Source: Nitrosopumilales archaeon (GTDB lineage Archaea > Thermoproteota > Nitrososphaeria > Nitrososphaerales > Nitrososphaeraceae). Taken from it: DNA of 40,193 nucleotides. The first letter of the stretch is position 1; every line of letters begins with the position of its first letter. The notes under the pieces were generated by a model, which did no database searches, was not told the origin of the DNA, and worked only from the letters and a program-made list of their open reading frames with translations. Where the stretch lies: the NCBI GenBank assembly GCA_044507735.1, contig JBIQJB010000021.1:1-40193 (forward strand), given 5' to 3'. Position numbers and translations under genes: made by a program. This document shows, piece after piece, positions 17,113 to 27,378 of this stretch.

Positions 17113-19461
17113 ATGGAGCCAAAAATCCAGTCAACATCGTGGAATCCCGAGATAGAGAAGGCCATTCTCAATAAATGGGAAGAGGAGGACATTTACCACT
17201 TTACAATTAATGATAATGATAAACCAGTATTTGTAATTGATACCCCGCCACCATATCCTTCAGGTCGCCCATGGCACATCGGGGCTGCTGGGCACTATGC
17301 ACAGATCGACATGATTGCCCGAACAGCCAGAATGAATGGCAAGAATGTGCTGTTTCCAATAGGCATCGACAGGAATGGCCTGCCCGTGGAGATCTACACA
17401 GAGAAAAAACACAAGGTACGGATGCGCCAGATGGATCGGGAGAAATTCCTGGAGCTCTGCAAGGTGGCACTTGACGATCTTGAGAAAGAGATGATCCAGA
17501 TAATGAAGAGCATGGGCCTCTCTGGAAATTTCAGAGAATATTACAGGACCGACTCTGAGGATTACAGGGCGCTAACGCAATCAACCTTCATCGAGCTTTG
17601 GAAGCGAGGTCTAGTATATCTTGCAAACAGACCAAATAACTACTGCCCAGACTGCGGGACCACGATAGCCGACGCCGAGATAGTCTATGACGAGATACCG
17701 ACAAAGCTCGTCTACATGAAGTTCAAGATAAAGGAAACCGGCGATACTATGATAATCGCGTCAACCAGGCCAGAATTGCTGTTTGCCTGCCAGGCAGTGA
17801 TTGTAAATCCAGAGGACGAGCGATACAAGAAGCTACAGGGATCACACGCCATTTTGCCTTTGTTCAACCGCGAAGTGGAGATCAGGCCACATCATTCTGC
17901 CAAGCCGGAGTTTGGCTCTGGTGCGGTAATGGTCTGCAGTTACGGCGACCAGAATGACGTGCAGGTCTTCAGGGAGCTGGGACTGCAAGAGATCGTTGCT
18001 CTCAATGAACACGGGATTACAACTGCGGCTGCAGGTCCGTATGCCAACCTAAGAATAAATCAGGCGAGGGCAAAGATCATTGAAGACCTGAAGAATTCGG
18101 GGCTCATGGAAAAAGAAGAGAGCATAATGCACCGGACTCCTCTATGCGAGCGAAGCAAGACTCCTATTGAGATTATACCATTGCATGACTATTATGTAAA
18201 GCAGATCGAGTTCGTACCTCAGCTGCGCGAGCTTGCCTACAAGCTGAAATTCCACCCCGACATGCATCGACAGATACTTCTCAACTGGCTAGATTCTATC
18301 GCAATAGACTGGCCAGTCTCTAGGCGCAGGTTCTATGGAACTGAGATCCCAATATGGTACTGCAATACCTGCAAGGCGCCGAACCTGCCGCCGGCCGGCA
18401 AATATTATAGGCCATGGAAGGAAAAGCCGCCGTTTGACAGATGCGAAAAGTGCGGTGGGACTGAATTTACAGGCGAGGACCGCACGTTTGACACATGGAT
18501 GGATTCAAGCATCAGCCCGCTTTATGTGACGAAATATTGCAGAGACCAGAAACTGTTTGATCATGCTTACCCGGCAGCAATTAGGCCACAGGCCAAAGAT
18601 ATCATCCGCACTTGGCTCCACTACACAATGCTCCGGTGTGTCCAGCTGACAGGCAAGATGCCATGGAGCGATGCATGGATAATGGGCTATGGGGTCGACG
18701 AAAAGGGACAAAAGATGAGCAAGAGCAAGGGAAATGTCATCGATCCGTTCCCGGTTATCCAGAAATATGGAGCGGACACGTTCAGGTTCTGGTCCGCAAG
18801 CGAGGCAAGTTTGGGCTATGACTTTAGATGCTCCGAACAAAGGATAGCCGGCGCCCAAAAATTCCTCTCAAAACTGTGGAATCTGGGAAGATTCCTTTCA
18901 TCCTTTGAAGTAATAGAGGGAGAGAGACCGGAGCTGGAAGCTTCTGACAAATGGATGCTGGCAGAGCTTGCCAAGCTAGTGCAGGAGTGTAAGAAAGGGT
19001 ATGATGAATACAACTTTTTCATCCCTGCAAATGCCATTCGCGAATTTACATGGAACCTTTTTGCGGCCCACTATGTAGAGATGGTCAAGGGGCGAGCATA
19101 TGCAGCTGAGGATAGCCCCGCCAAACGGTCTGCGCTTTATACGTTGCACAGATGCTTTTCCACAATCCTACTCCTGATAGCCCCCATCACGCCTTTCATT
19201 TCCGAAGAGCTCTGGACAAAGATTTACTCGCAGCAAAGCATACATCTTCAGCCCATGTTCAGGGAAGAAGAGGCGGATCAAGAGATGGCAAAATACACGA
19301 AGCAAATTACCGAGTTCAACTCGATGGTCTGGAACAAGAAGAAGGAAACCATGAAGGAAGACGGCAAGCCCCTATCGCTCAAGGACCCGATAAGCATCCC
19401 TGTGCCGGCAGAGCTTGCGCCGTTTGCCAAGGACTTGAAGGATATGCACAATTTGATATGA
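17113..19461 (+). CDS. valS: Valyl-tRNA synthetase (archaeal type)
   Basis: DTPPPYPSG, HIGA (HIGH variant), STRPE editing region, DWPVSRRRFYG, FDTWMDSS, KMSKSKGN and YGADTFRFW motifs. Confidence 0.96.
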   Translation: MEPKIQSTSWNPEIEKAILNKWEEEDIYHFTINDNDKPVFVIDTPPPYPSGRPWHIGAAGHYAQIDMIARTARMNGKNVLFPIGIDRNGLPVEIYTEKKHKVRMRQMDREKFLELCKVALDDLEKEMIQIMKSMGLSGNFREYYRTDSEDYRALTQSTFIELWKRGLVYLANRPNNYCPDCGTTIADAEIVYDEIPTKLVYMKFKIKETGDTMIIASTRPELLFACQAVIVNPEDERYKKLQGSHAILPLFNREVEIRPHHSAKPEFGSGAVMVCSYGDQNDVQVFRELGLQEIVALNEHGITTAAAGPYANLRINQARAKIIEDLKNSGLMEKEESIMHRTPLCERSKTPIEIIPLHDYYVKQIEFVPQLRELAYKLKFHPDMHRQILLNWLDSIAIDWPVSRRRFYGTEIPIWYCNTCKAPNLPPAGKYYRPWKEKPPFDRCEKCGGTEFTGEDRTFDTWMDSSISPLYVTKYCRDQKLFDHAYPAAIRPQAKDIIRTWLHYTMLRCVQLTGKMPWSDAWIMGYGVDEKGQKMSKSKGNVIDPFPVIQKYGADTFRFWSASEASLGYDFRCSEQRIAGAQKFLSKLWNLGRFLSSFEVIEGERPELEASDKWMLAELAKLVQECKKGYDEYNFFIPANAIREFTWNLFAAHYVEMVKGRAYAAEDSPAKRSALYTLHRCFSTILLLIAPITPFISEELWTKIYSQQSIHLQPMFREEEADQEMAKYTKQITEFNSMVWNKKKETMKEDGKPLSLKDPISIPVPAELAPFAKDLKDMHNLI

Positions 19462-20471
19462 AGGCCGTTGCTTTTTCCGAACACGGATCTGTAGACGTCT
19501 TGCATTATCAAGACTTTCCGGATCCTGTAGCAGGTAGGAACGAGGTAGTGATTGACGTGGAATATTGCGGTATGAACCATCTCGACATCTGGACCCGGAT
19601 GGGCATAGCCGGCAAAAAGATCAGGCTTCCACATGTTTGTGGCTGCGATATAGTGGGAACAATCGGCGACAAGCGCGAGCGCGTCATGGTTTATCCGGGC
19701 TATTCATGTGGCAAATGCCCATATTGTAAGAGCGGAAATGAGACGCTATGCAGTGAGTTTGCGATCATTGGTGGCATGAGCGATTGGAATGGAGGTTATG
19801 CGGAAAAGGCGGTGGTGCCTTCAAGGAACATAATCAAGCTGCCATCTGCGTTAAAGAGCGAAACCGCTGCAACACTGGCAGTATCGTATCTTGTAGCATG
19901 GAACATGCTCAAGACAAATGGGGCAGGAAGGGGCAAGACAATCCTGGTATATGGTGCTACGAGCGGAGTTGGGATGGCTACTATTCAGCTAGCAAGAGGA
20001 CTGGGCGCCAGAGTAATAACTACAGTATCTGGCGAGGAAAAGCGCAAGTTTGCAGAAAGACTTGGGGCCCATCATGTGATTGATAGGTCGAGTCAGAACA
20101 TTCTGGAAGAAGTGAAGAGAATAGCAGCATCGGCTGGAGGAGTTGACATAGTAGTCGACCACGTTGGTGCGGCGACTTGGCCCACAAGCGTTGCAGCTCT
20201 CAGGCAGGGAGGCAGGATGGCCGTCTGTGGCATGACCTCGGGTAATGATGCGAGCATACCTGTACGGATGTTCTATACCAAGCAGATAGTGATGACAGGA
20301 GCGCTAATGGGTACAAAGGCACACCTGCTTGAACTGATAAGGTTTGTAATCAGGAAGGAGATCAGGCCCGTAATAGATTCTGTCTTTGAGCTAGAAGATG
20401 CAAAAGAGGCGCAAAGGAAGATGGAAACTAACATCCACATGGGCAAGATACTCCTTCAATGCCGAAGATGA
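19458..20471 (+). CDS. Zinc-binding alcohol dehydrogenase / quinone oxidoreductase (MDR family)
   Basis: MKAVAFSEHG start overlaps the valS stop (ATGA). NHLDIW, structural-Zn CGKCPYC...C, GATSGVG and HMGKILL motifs. Confidence 0.92.
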   Translation: MKAVAFSEHGSVDVLHYQDFPDPVAGRNEVVIDVEYCGMNHLDIWTRMGIAGKKIRLPHVCGCDIVGTIGDKRERVMVYPGYSCGKCPYCKSGNETLCSEFAIIGGMSDWNGGYAEKAVVPSRNIIKLPSALKSETAATLAVSYLVAWNMLKTNGAGRGKTILVYGATSGVGMATIQLARGLGARVITTVSGEEKRKFAERLGAHHVIDRSSQNILEEVKRIAASAGGVDIVVDHVGAATWPTSVAALRQGGRMAVCGMTSGNDASIPVRMFYTKQIVMTGALMGTKAHLLELIRFVIRKEIRPVIDSVFELEDAKEAQRKMETNIHMGKILLQCRR

Positions 20472-20855
20472 TCGATGGTTTTGGATGGTTTGCAAGGTAC
20501 ATCAACTTGTACTGCCAAAGAAGAGGCTAGGTTGCGGCTGCGCAGAAATTGATGCCCACCAAGATAATGACTGGCGCACAAATCTTGGGATGAAATTTGA
20601 TGTACGCTGCGTACATGATCTGTTTCTACACTATGCCTCATAGCCGCGTGACTGGTTACAAGACCCTGTCCGGCTGTCATAGCCTTGTTCACATCTTGGC
20701 AGCCAGGCATTTTGAGGGCCCAAAGGGCCCATAACGTGGTCAGAGCTGGCAATGGCTCGAATAGTCGCACCATCTGAAAGACTGCATAAAGCGCATGCAC
20801 ATTGGAACTTTGTGATCCAATCCTTAAGAGATCTAGCTGCGTATAGTATGTGACT

Positions 20856-21035
20856 ATGACAAAAGACACAGACAGGAGAGAATATGATCAGCTGGACTCG
20901 CTCAATTCTAGCCCAAATACTGAGATCAGCAGGTTGAGTGGAATAGTCAAGAACCTAAAAGAACGCGTGGAATCGCTTGAGCGAAATCAGACAGAGCTGA
21001 TGGATAAGATTAATGCCATGAAGAAAAGAGAATAA
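20856..21035 (+). CDS. Small coiled-coil protein
   Basis: 59 aa with a heptad pattern (ISRLSGIVKNLKERVESLERNQTELMDKI) and a CTTAAG box ~30 nt upstream. Confidence 0.6.
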   Translation: MTKDTDRREYDQLDSLNSSPNTEISRLSGIVKNLKERVESLERNQTELMDKINAMKKRE

Positions 21036-21472
21036 AAGATGCCACCAATTGGACTCCGAATCTATCCGAGGTGTGATAATGCCATTGGTTCCTGGATTTG
21101 ATGCTCCCTGTCTTTTTGTCTTCCTGACGGGACGACCCTCAGATTGACACGCATCATCACTTGCGCTTTAATGGCATGCTTTGTAGATCCCTCCGAAGTC
21201 TAGTATTTTGCAAGATATTCAGAGACAGGACAAATGATACTGCGGTGTTCGCGATCGCGGGAACATCCAGTTCCCGGGTTATGGCGCAATGCTGATGATG
21301 GCAATTCACCATCCGCCGGACATGTCAGGCGGTCGGTTGGTCCTCTCCCCACCATTATATGAAAGGACAGTGTCGTGTCTACAACATTCTATTCTTCAGG
21401 TGCCAACACAAGATTCTGAAAATGCAGATTAGTTATGTTAATTTGTCCCGAACGCATTACTAGTTTGAAAAC

Positions 21473-21829
21473 ATGGTAAAAATATCAGTTGGCAAGAATT
21501 CCATAACAATAAGTCTCAGCGGACCCAAGAAAGTTCTCGCAATAAAAAGCAAGATTGTCATCCCACTTGAAAACATCACAAAGGTCTCAACCGAGCAGGT
21601 AAAACCGGTGTGGTTGCCGAAAGGCAGGCTTGGAACGTACGTGCCGGGCATCTTTATGGCAGGAACATTCTGGTTGAGAAAGGGAGGCAAGACATTCTAC
21701 TATGTTTACAATTTCTCAAATTGCATTACTCTTACTCTAAAGAACCATGATTATACAAAGATCATCGTAGATGTGGGTAAAGAGAAAGAGGCTCTGGCTG
21801 CTCGTATTAGAGAGGCAATGCGGCAATAA
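21473..21829 (+). CDS. Hypothetical protein, bacterial PH-like domain
   Basis: IPLENITKV and RLGTYVPG.FMAGTF pattern typical of small bPH-type proteins. Confidence 0.75.
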   Translation: MVKISVGKNSITISLSGPKKVLAIKSKIVIPLENITKVSTEQVKPVWLPKGRLGTYVPGIFMAGTFWLRKGGKTFYYVYNFSNCITLTLKNHDYTKIIVDVGKEKEALAARIREAMRQ

Positions 21830-22091
21830 TCGTAATGCTCCACAGGCTCTATCGTAAATTCAGGAAAGACCGGATCCAACATAAGATCTCCGGTTCTAAT
21901 CCAGGATAGAATGATGATGATTCATGACAGTGTAGGCAACCGCAATTCACACATTTCTTGCGGATACCAGATTTTTTGCTATCAAATTTTTGCTGTAGAA
22001 ATAGACCAGATTTTGGCTCAGAAATTCCTTTATCCGCGGATTGTTATTACCTATTTTGAAGAACAAGAGGAGGAGGGGCCGTTCAAAGCTC

Positions 22092-22298
22092 ATGGGTCTA
22101 TTCACATTGATAATATTGGCTGTGATAGTGCTGGCCATCATTGGACTTGGATGGCAAACTTTCTTTACAGGCGTTTCACGAGGAGGAGAGAAGATCGCCA
22201 GCAGCCCCATAGTATCAAACATAACTAGCGAGGTCGAAGAATTTGTTACAAACGCGACCAATAATGCAGCTGACAAGATCACTGACCAGATTATTTGA
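22092..22298 (+). CDS. Small single-TM membrane protein
   Basis: MGLFTLIILAVIVLAIIGLGWQTFFTGV..., followed by an amphipathic helix. ATG at 22092. Confidence 0.7.
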   Translation: MGLFTLIILAVIVLAIIGLGWQTFFTGVSRGGEKIASSPIVSNITSEVEEFVTNATNNAADKITDQII

Positions 22299-22628
22299 TC
22301 GGGTAGGTCAAGGGCTCACAGCTGTGCAATTTTAAGATCTTGACTTGCCACACGCCTCAGAAGAATCATCATCTCTGAATGTTACGAACCACAGACGCGC
22401 GACAAACATTGATTGGAACAAGATTATTGATAATTGATGCAGATCCTGCTACCTTCAGTCAATATAATGAGCCGATAAAGTCAGTAACTTTTCCAACAGA
22501 TGATCAACATAATTTACTGTTCTTATGGTCGTAACGCAGCTACCAATCCATGGTAATCCGACTTCATCCTCTTGAAATATAAAATCCAATCCTAATTGCT
22601 AAAAGCAAAATAACTACATGATGCGTGT

Positions 22629-23024
22629 GTGGTATCAGATGCCTTTCTCCTTGTAATTGCATGTATAGGCACGGCGGGCCTAATCCTGACAGTCAGCAGC
22701 AACGTCTTGCCATCAGATCCGAACAAAGTCTTTGAATCACTGCCCCAGTCTACCGCATTTGGGGGGACAGACGTTGCCAGTTCAGAAGCCAGCGAAAACA
22801 ATCCAACCGTCCCTACGGTAGCCCCAAGGGAGGATTGTATAATGTACGAGGCGACAGGGTTACGATACATCAAATCAAAGTGGCAATGTAGTGCATATTT
22901 TGCAGAAGTAACTGGGGATGGGAAATGGTGTTTTGCAGGAATCTTTAATGCTTTTGCGACAGATATGTTCAACCAGTCGTCACTGAGAAGCTATGCGACC
23001 GTTGCCAAGTATGTCCATTGCTAA
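22629..23024 (+). CDS. Putative secreted or anchored hypothetical protein
   Basis: Hydrophobic N-terminus, Ser/Pro/Thr linker and a Cys-containing C-terminal domain. AATATAAAA lies upstream. Confidence 0.55.
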   Translation: MVSDAFLLVIACIGTAGLILTVSSNVLPSDPNKVFESLPQSTAFGGTDVASSEASENNPTVPTVAPREDCIMYEATGLRYIKSKWQCSAYFAEVTGDGKWCFAGIFNAFATDMFNQSSLRSYATVAKYVHC

Positions 23025-23060
23025 GAGCCAGATCATTGCCTTGAGTTTTCACAGGAGGGT

Positions 23061-23960
23061 TTAAACCTCATCAGAAGTCCTTTTCGATCTCATGTGTATG
23101 AGACAAATTCCAAGGACCCCCATTATTCCACCAGCCACTGCCAGTGCAATATTTGCAGGCAATATTACGTCGACATCCAGCCAAAGCAGTGCCATTTGAA
23201 ATGCTATCGTCAAGAGAATGGAAAACGCTGCGATAACAGAAGTTAGAGATGCGCCTATCCTTGACAGCCCAACTATGTATGTCAGGGCCGCAGTCAGCGG
23301 AAGAAGAGAAAATAGCAGCAATACCGCCCAATCCTGCGCACTTATGTCAGGGGATTGCTGGCTGGTCCAAAACACTGCGGCAAGTACCAGCCCAGAGATC
23401 AAAAGAGATGACGCAGTAACCGTATGTGCAGGATGGATCTCGGTCACCTTTGTAATGAGAATGATGCCAGAACCAAATGCGGCTGCTGACAGCATGGCTT
23501 CGAGATCGCCAACGGTGATTAGAACGTCAAGGCCGCTACTCAGGACAGTTGCAAAGAATCCTGCAAGTGCAATTGTCACGCCAACGAGCTGAAGCTTGGT
23601 TAGTCTCTCCGCCAAGAAAGCACGAGCAAGAAAGAGTATTACTATTGTCTCTAATGGCCCTGAGAGGAGACCTTCTTTGGATGCTCCCACCCTGCCGACC
23701 GCATCGTACCATGTATACACTCCCACTGCCATCAGTATCGATCCCGGTAACAGATATTTCCATGATTGGAAAACCTTGACGCTCTTTTTCTTCTCGATTC
23801 CAAATACTATCAAAAGCATCACTGCTCCTGCAAGGGGGATGCTGTTTGCCGTAATGACAAGAGGATCGAGCTCTAGGCGAACGGTCATGATTTCAACAGC
23901 TATCGACTCTATTGAGAGCAGTGCAGCATGGACAAAGACGACCCAGGAGCGGCGAATCAA
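23061..23960 (-). CDS. DMT superfamily (EamA-like) transporter
   Basis: About ten TM segments in two repeats (VGASKEGLL...FLAERL and IGASLTSVI). Confidence 0.88.
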   Translation of the reverse strand: MIRRSWVVFVHAALLSIESIAVEIMTVRLELDPLVITANSIPLAGAVMLLIVFGIEKKKSVKVFQSWKYLLPGSILMAVGVYTWYDAVGRVGASKEGLLSGPLETIVILFLARAFLAERLTKLQLVGVTIALAGFFATVLSSGLDVLITVGDLEAMLSAAAFGSGIILITKVTEIHPAHTVTASSLLISGLVLAAVFWTSQQSPDISAQDWAVLLLFSLLPLTAALTYIVGLSRIGASLTSVIAAFSILLTIAFQMALLWLDVDVILPANIALAVAGGIMGVLGICLIHMRSKRTSDEV

Positions 23961-24003
23961 GTGGGGAGGATCTTTTCAAATTTGTTTATTTTTCTTTATA
24001 TCA

Positions 24004-24885
24004 TCATGTACCAGTCAGTTTTTCACTGATCTCCCAGAGCTTGACAGCCGCTTCTTTAGATTCTGCGTCATCTGATGGCTTTACCGGCTTGCGTTTTACA
24101 AAATATTTTCCAGTTACTCCTTCTACATCAGGTGATGAAGCAAGATAGATGGCTGTATCTGCTCCTTTCTCTGGGCTGATGAAGAATAACCCAGCAGCGC
24201 TCCAAGCTAGTCTGTAATACCAGGGGTTGTTACCCTGTGCGAGGTTTGTTCGAACTCCTCCCGGATGAAAGCAGTTTGCAGTAACACCTGTGCCTCCCAA
24301 CCTATTTGCCAGTTCCCTGGTGAATAGAATATTTGCAAGCTTTGACTGGCTGTAAGCCTTAATGCCACTGTACGATCTTTTTTCAAACTGGATATCATCA
24401 AAGTCGGCAATCCGCGCCCCTCTGTGGGCAACAGAGCTGGTAGTAATGATCCTTGATGGTGCGCTTGTCTTGAGAAGGTCCAGAAGAAGGTTGGTCAGGA
24501 GAAAGGGTGCGAGATGGTTGACTGCAAGCGTGTATTCAATGCCATCGACTGTGGTTATACGGCTGGCATGAAAAACTCCGGCGTTGTTTACCAGAACATC
24601 CAATCTGCGGTGGCTATCTGCATATTGCTTTGCAAGCTGTCGGATTGATGCTTGGGAAGAAAGATCGGCCACAAGATAGGAAATCTTGCCGTCATTTCTG
24701 ATTCTTGTCTTTATATCATTTATTGCCAGTTCACATTTCTCTTCTGTGCGGCCCACCAGAACCACTGTTGCACCCATCTGGGCAAGGCCGCGCGCGATCT
24801 CCTTGCCAATTCCTGAAGTTGAGCCAGTCACAAGGCAGGTTTTTCCCTCAAGGGTTGTCAGCATTGATGGGCTGTATACGAGCAT
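24004..24885 (-). CDS. Short-chain dehydrogenase/reductase (retinol dehydrogenase-like)
   Basis: TGSTSGIG, NNAG, VNHLAPFLLT, YSQSKLAN (YxxxK) and HPGGVRT motifs. Confidence 0.93.
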   Translation of the reverse strand: MLVYSPSMLTTLEGKTCLVTGSTSGIGKEIARGLAQMGATVVLVGRTEEKCELAINDIKTRIRNDGKISYLVADLSSQASIRQLAKQYADSHRRLDVLVNNAGVFHASRITTVDGIEYTLAVNHLAPFLLTNLLLDLLKTSAPSRIITTSSVAHRGARIADFDDIQFEKRSYSGIKAYSQSKLANILFTRELANRLGGTGVTANCFHPGGVRTNLAQGNNPWYYRLAWSAAGLFFISPEKGADTAIYLASSPDVEGVTGKYFVKRKPVKPSDDAESKEAAVKLWEISEKLTGT

Positions 24886-24976
24886 TGGCGAATAACTAGA
24901 TTTCTGCTATCGTGCTGTGAATACGCGCTCCTCACTGTCGATACATTTTATTTCGGCAAGATGCATAAATGACAGG

Positions 24977-25522
24977 ATGGTGACCGAAGTTGCTACTCTT
25001 GCCAATGGTTGCTTTTGGTGTTCTGAAGCAGTGTTCACAAGGCTAAAGGGCGTGAAATCAGTTGTGCCCGGATACTCCGGCGGACGGATAGAGAATCCAA
25101 CCTACGATGAAGTGTGCAGTGGGACCACAGGTCATGCAGAGTCTGCACAGATAGAGTTTGATCCAAATGTCATTTCATTTGAGGAACTGCTAGACGTTTT
25201 CTGGCACACCCACGATCCAACCACCCTCAACAGACAAGGAAACGATATTGGCACTCAGTATCGGTCGGCAATATTTTATCATGACGAGAAGCAAAAAGAG
25301 ATTGCAGAGAAGTCAAAAATAGAACTTGGAAAGAGCGGCATTTACAAGAACCCGATTGTAACTGAAATAACTCCTTTTCGAAAATTCTACCCTGCAGAGG
25401 ATTATCACAGGAAATACTATGATCAGCACCGGGACGCCCCATATTGCAGGTTTGTAATTGACCCCAAGATCCACAAGCTGCTGTCTAATTACGGAGAGTA
25501 TGTGAGAAGCGAGTTTAGCTGA
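24977..25522 (+). CDS. msrA: Peptide methionine sulfoxide reductase A
   Basis: GCFWC, GYSGG, TGHAE, HDPTTLNRQGNDIGTQYRS and FYPAEDYH motifs. ATG at 24977. Confidence 0.96.
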   Translation: MVTEVATLANGCFWCSEAVFTRLKGVKSVVPGYSGGRIENPTYDEVCSGTTGHAESAQIEFDPNVISFEELLDVFWHTHDPTTLNRQGNDIGTQYRSAIFYHDEKQKEIAEKSKIELGKSGIYKNPIVTEITPFRKFYPAEDYHRKYYDQHRDAPYCRFVIDPKIHKLLSNYGEYVRSEFS

Positions 25523-25606
25523 TGATAACCATATGTGCGTCTGAAAAGTTGCGCCTTCCAAGCAATACCATAAAATAAAGCTATCTTAGTGCAGCATCTA
25601 TTTCGC

Positions 25607-26092
25607 ATGCCCTCAGATAAACTACTGATCAAAGCGGGCCCTCTGGAGAGATTGTTTGGAGAGGAAAGCAGCGCAGCGCCTGTGCTTGATTTTTTGATGT
25701 TAGCGGCTCAAAAAGATCAACCATATTCGGAGGCTGAAATTGCTCGATATTCTGGAGTTTCACTCAAGAAAACCAAGAAGGTAATTTCCAGGCTACAAGG
25801 GATGAGGCTTGTAATAGAAGCAGTCGAGGATGACGATGGTCGAGCTAAAAGGGCCAAGAAAAGGAGAAGCAAATACCTGCTAAATCGCAACAGCGCAATC
25901 ATGGTGCCACTAGAAAGGCTTGTAATTTCACTGACAGACACAGAGATACACAAGTCCTCAGCTCCGGGGCAAATGGCATTTCATGATGCACAAAAGCGGC
26001 CCGGAGTAGGCGAAGTAGCGGCAGAGCTTTTTGAAAAAGGATTGGTTAAGTTAGACGATAGCAATATTCACCGTCAACTTGAACAAGATTGA
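25607..26092 (+). CDS. Winged-helix DNA-binding-domain protein
   Basis: VLDFL...YSEAEIARYSGVSLKKTKKVISRLQGMRLV helix-turn-helix, with a wing ending KYLLN. Confidence 0.75.
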   Translation: MPSDKLLIKAGPLERLFGEESSAAPVLDFLMLAAQKDQPYSEAEIARYSGVSLKKTKKVISRLQGMRLVIEAVEDDDGRAKRAKKRRSKYLLNRNSAIMVPLERLVISLTDTEIHKSSAPGQMAFHDAQKRPGVGEVAAELFEKGLVKLDDSNIHRQLEQD

Positions 26093-26240
26093 TTGCCGTA
26101 TGGGTCCAGAACTCAGATTTGCTTGGCATAAATGCGCAAATTAGAAAATTGTGTCCTCTCCGGGCTATGAAGAAAAAGGCATACAACCTCGCAGGGCGAG
26201 TATCAAGTGTAAAATAAAAGTCGTGCGGGATTGCTAGATA

Positions 26241-26756
26241 CTACCGTCTTCTCTTAGTCTTGTTGTTCTTCTTTCTTTTACCCGCAGTGCTTTTCTTTGC
26301 CTTTCCGGCTGGAGCTGTTTTTTGCTTGGCTATCTTTTGAAAGCCCTTTGCCTGTGTCCTCTCCAGTGCCGCAAGCTGGCGTTGTGTCTGCGCAATCTGT
26401 CTTTGAGTTTCTTTTACGGCTGATTGCAGCTGTTTCACCTGATCTGTTGCCTTGCCTATGCTCTTCTCAATGCCGGCCAGCGCCTTTAGGCTCTTTTGTA
26501 CCTGTGCGATAAGCTCTTGCTGGCGCTTTGACCGCCTGAGCACTTGAAGCAGCAAAGTGTGTTCAGGAGACATTGTTGGCTGGGTAGTAGTAGCCTCTGC
26601 TTCCGGCTGCTGCTGTTCTTCTTCATTGTCAACCACGGTGGTTGTTGCCTGCAACGAGTCCTGTGCTTCTTCAGTTTCTGCTTCATTCATTTCTCCCGTA
26701 ACAAGACTCTCTGCTTCTTCATTTTCTCCTTGGGGTAAACGTTCTTCTGATGACAC
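26241..26756 (-). CDS. Coiled-coil protein with acidic N-terminus and Lys-rich C-terminal tail
   Basis: E/Q/T-rich N-terminus, long heptad region, and KAKKSTAGKRKKNNKTKRRR tail. Confidence 0.75.
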   Translation of the reverse strand: MSSEERLPQGENEEAESLVTGEMNEAETEEAQDSLQATTTVVDNEEEQQQPEAEATTTQPTMSPEHTLLLQVLRRSKRQQELIAQVQKSLKALAGIEKSIGKATDQVKQLQSAVKETQRQIAQTQRQLAALERTQAKGFQKIAKQKTAPAGKAKKSTAGKRKKNNKTKRRR

Positions 26757-27378
26757 GATAGATTTGCAAAATGGATAGATAAAATACTTTTGCTATCCAT
26801 TCATAATATCACGAGCTGCTACAATATCAGTCGCATTAAGGGGCAAAAACTTTACATCTTTCCCTTGCTATAATAGAAAATTGCATCTTTTCGGTCGCAC
26901 AACGCGGAGCAGCAGATCAAGACTCCATCAATGTGCAGTGTGTCAAAGACTCTGAACTTCTGTGCGCATTTTGGATATGACTCTCTCTCATGGGTTGACA
27001 ACAAATTCGTGAAAGGGGCGAGGCGAGGCAGCCAGAGGACGAGACTGCCGCTATACTTTTTTCAGGCTCCGCAAGTGTATCTTTGACGCTCCTTTTCATG
27101 GAGTGTATGCCTATACATGGACAGCGGAAAGCAGCGAAAGAATCGTCCACACGCCACCAGAAAAGATTTTTTGACCTGCTGTAAAGTGCTTGAATTTCCT
27201 TGCGCCACCCACATGAAAGCGGTTAGCAGGAATATGGATAATAACGGACTTTGTGCAGTCGTCCTCAAGACCTTATCTGTTATAACCGATGGCTGCAATA
27301 TTATCACAGTGTATGAGAGAGATGGATGATTCTGCTGGAAAATCAGGTCATCACCATCGTCTTCATCTCCCATCCAAC

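Noticed and set aside
19152-19457. N-terminal extension of the MDR ORF given in the track
   Set aside because: It lies inside valS in another frame. The true start is the ATGA overlap at 19458.
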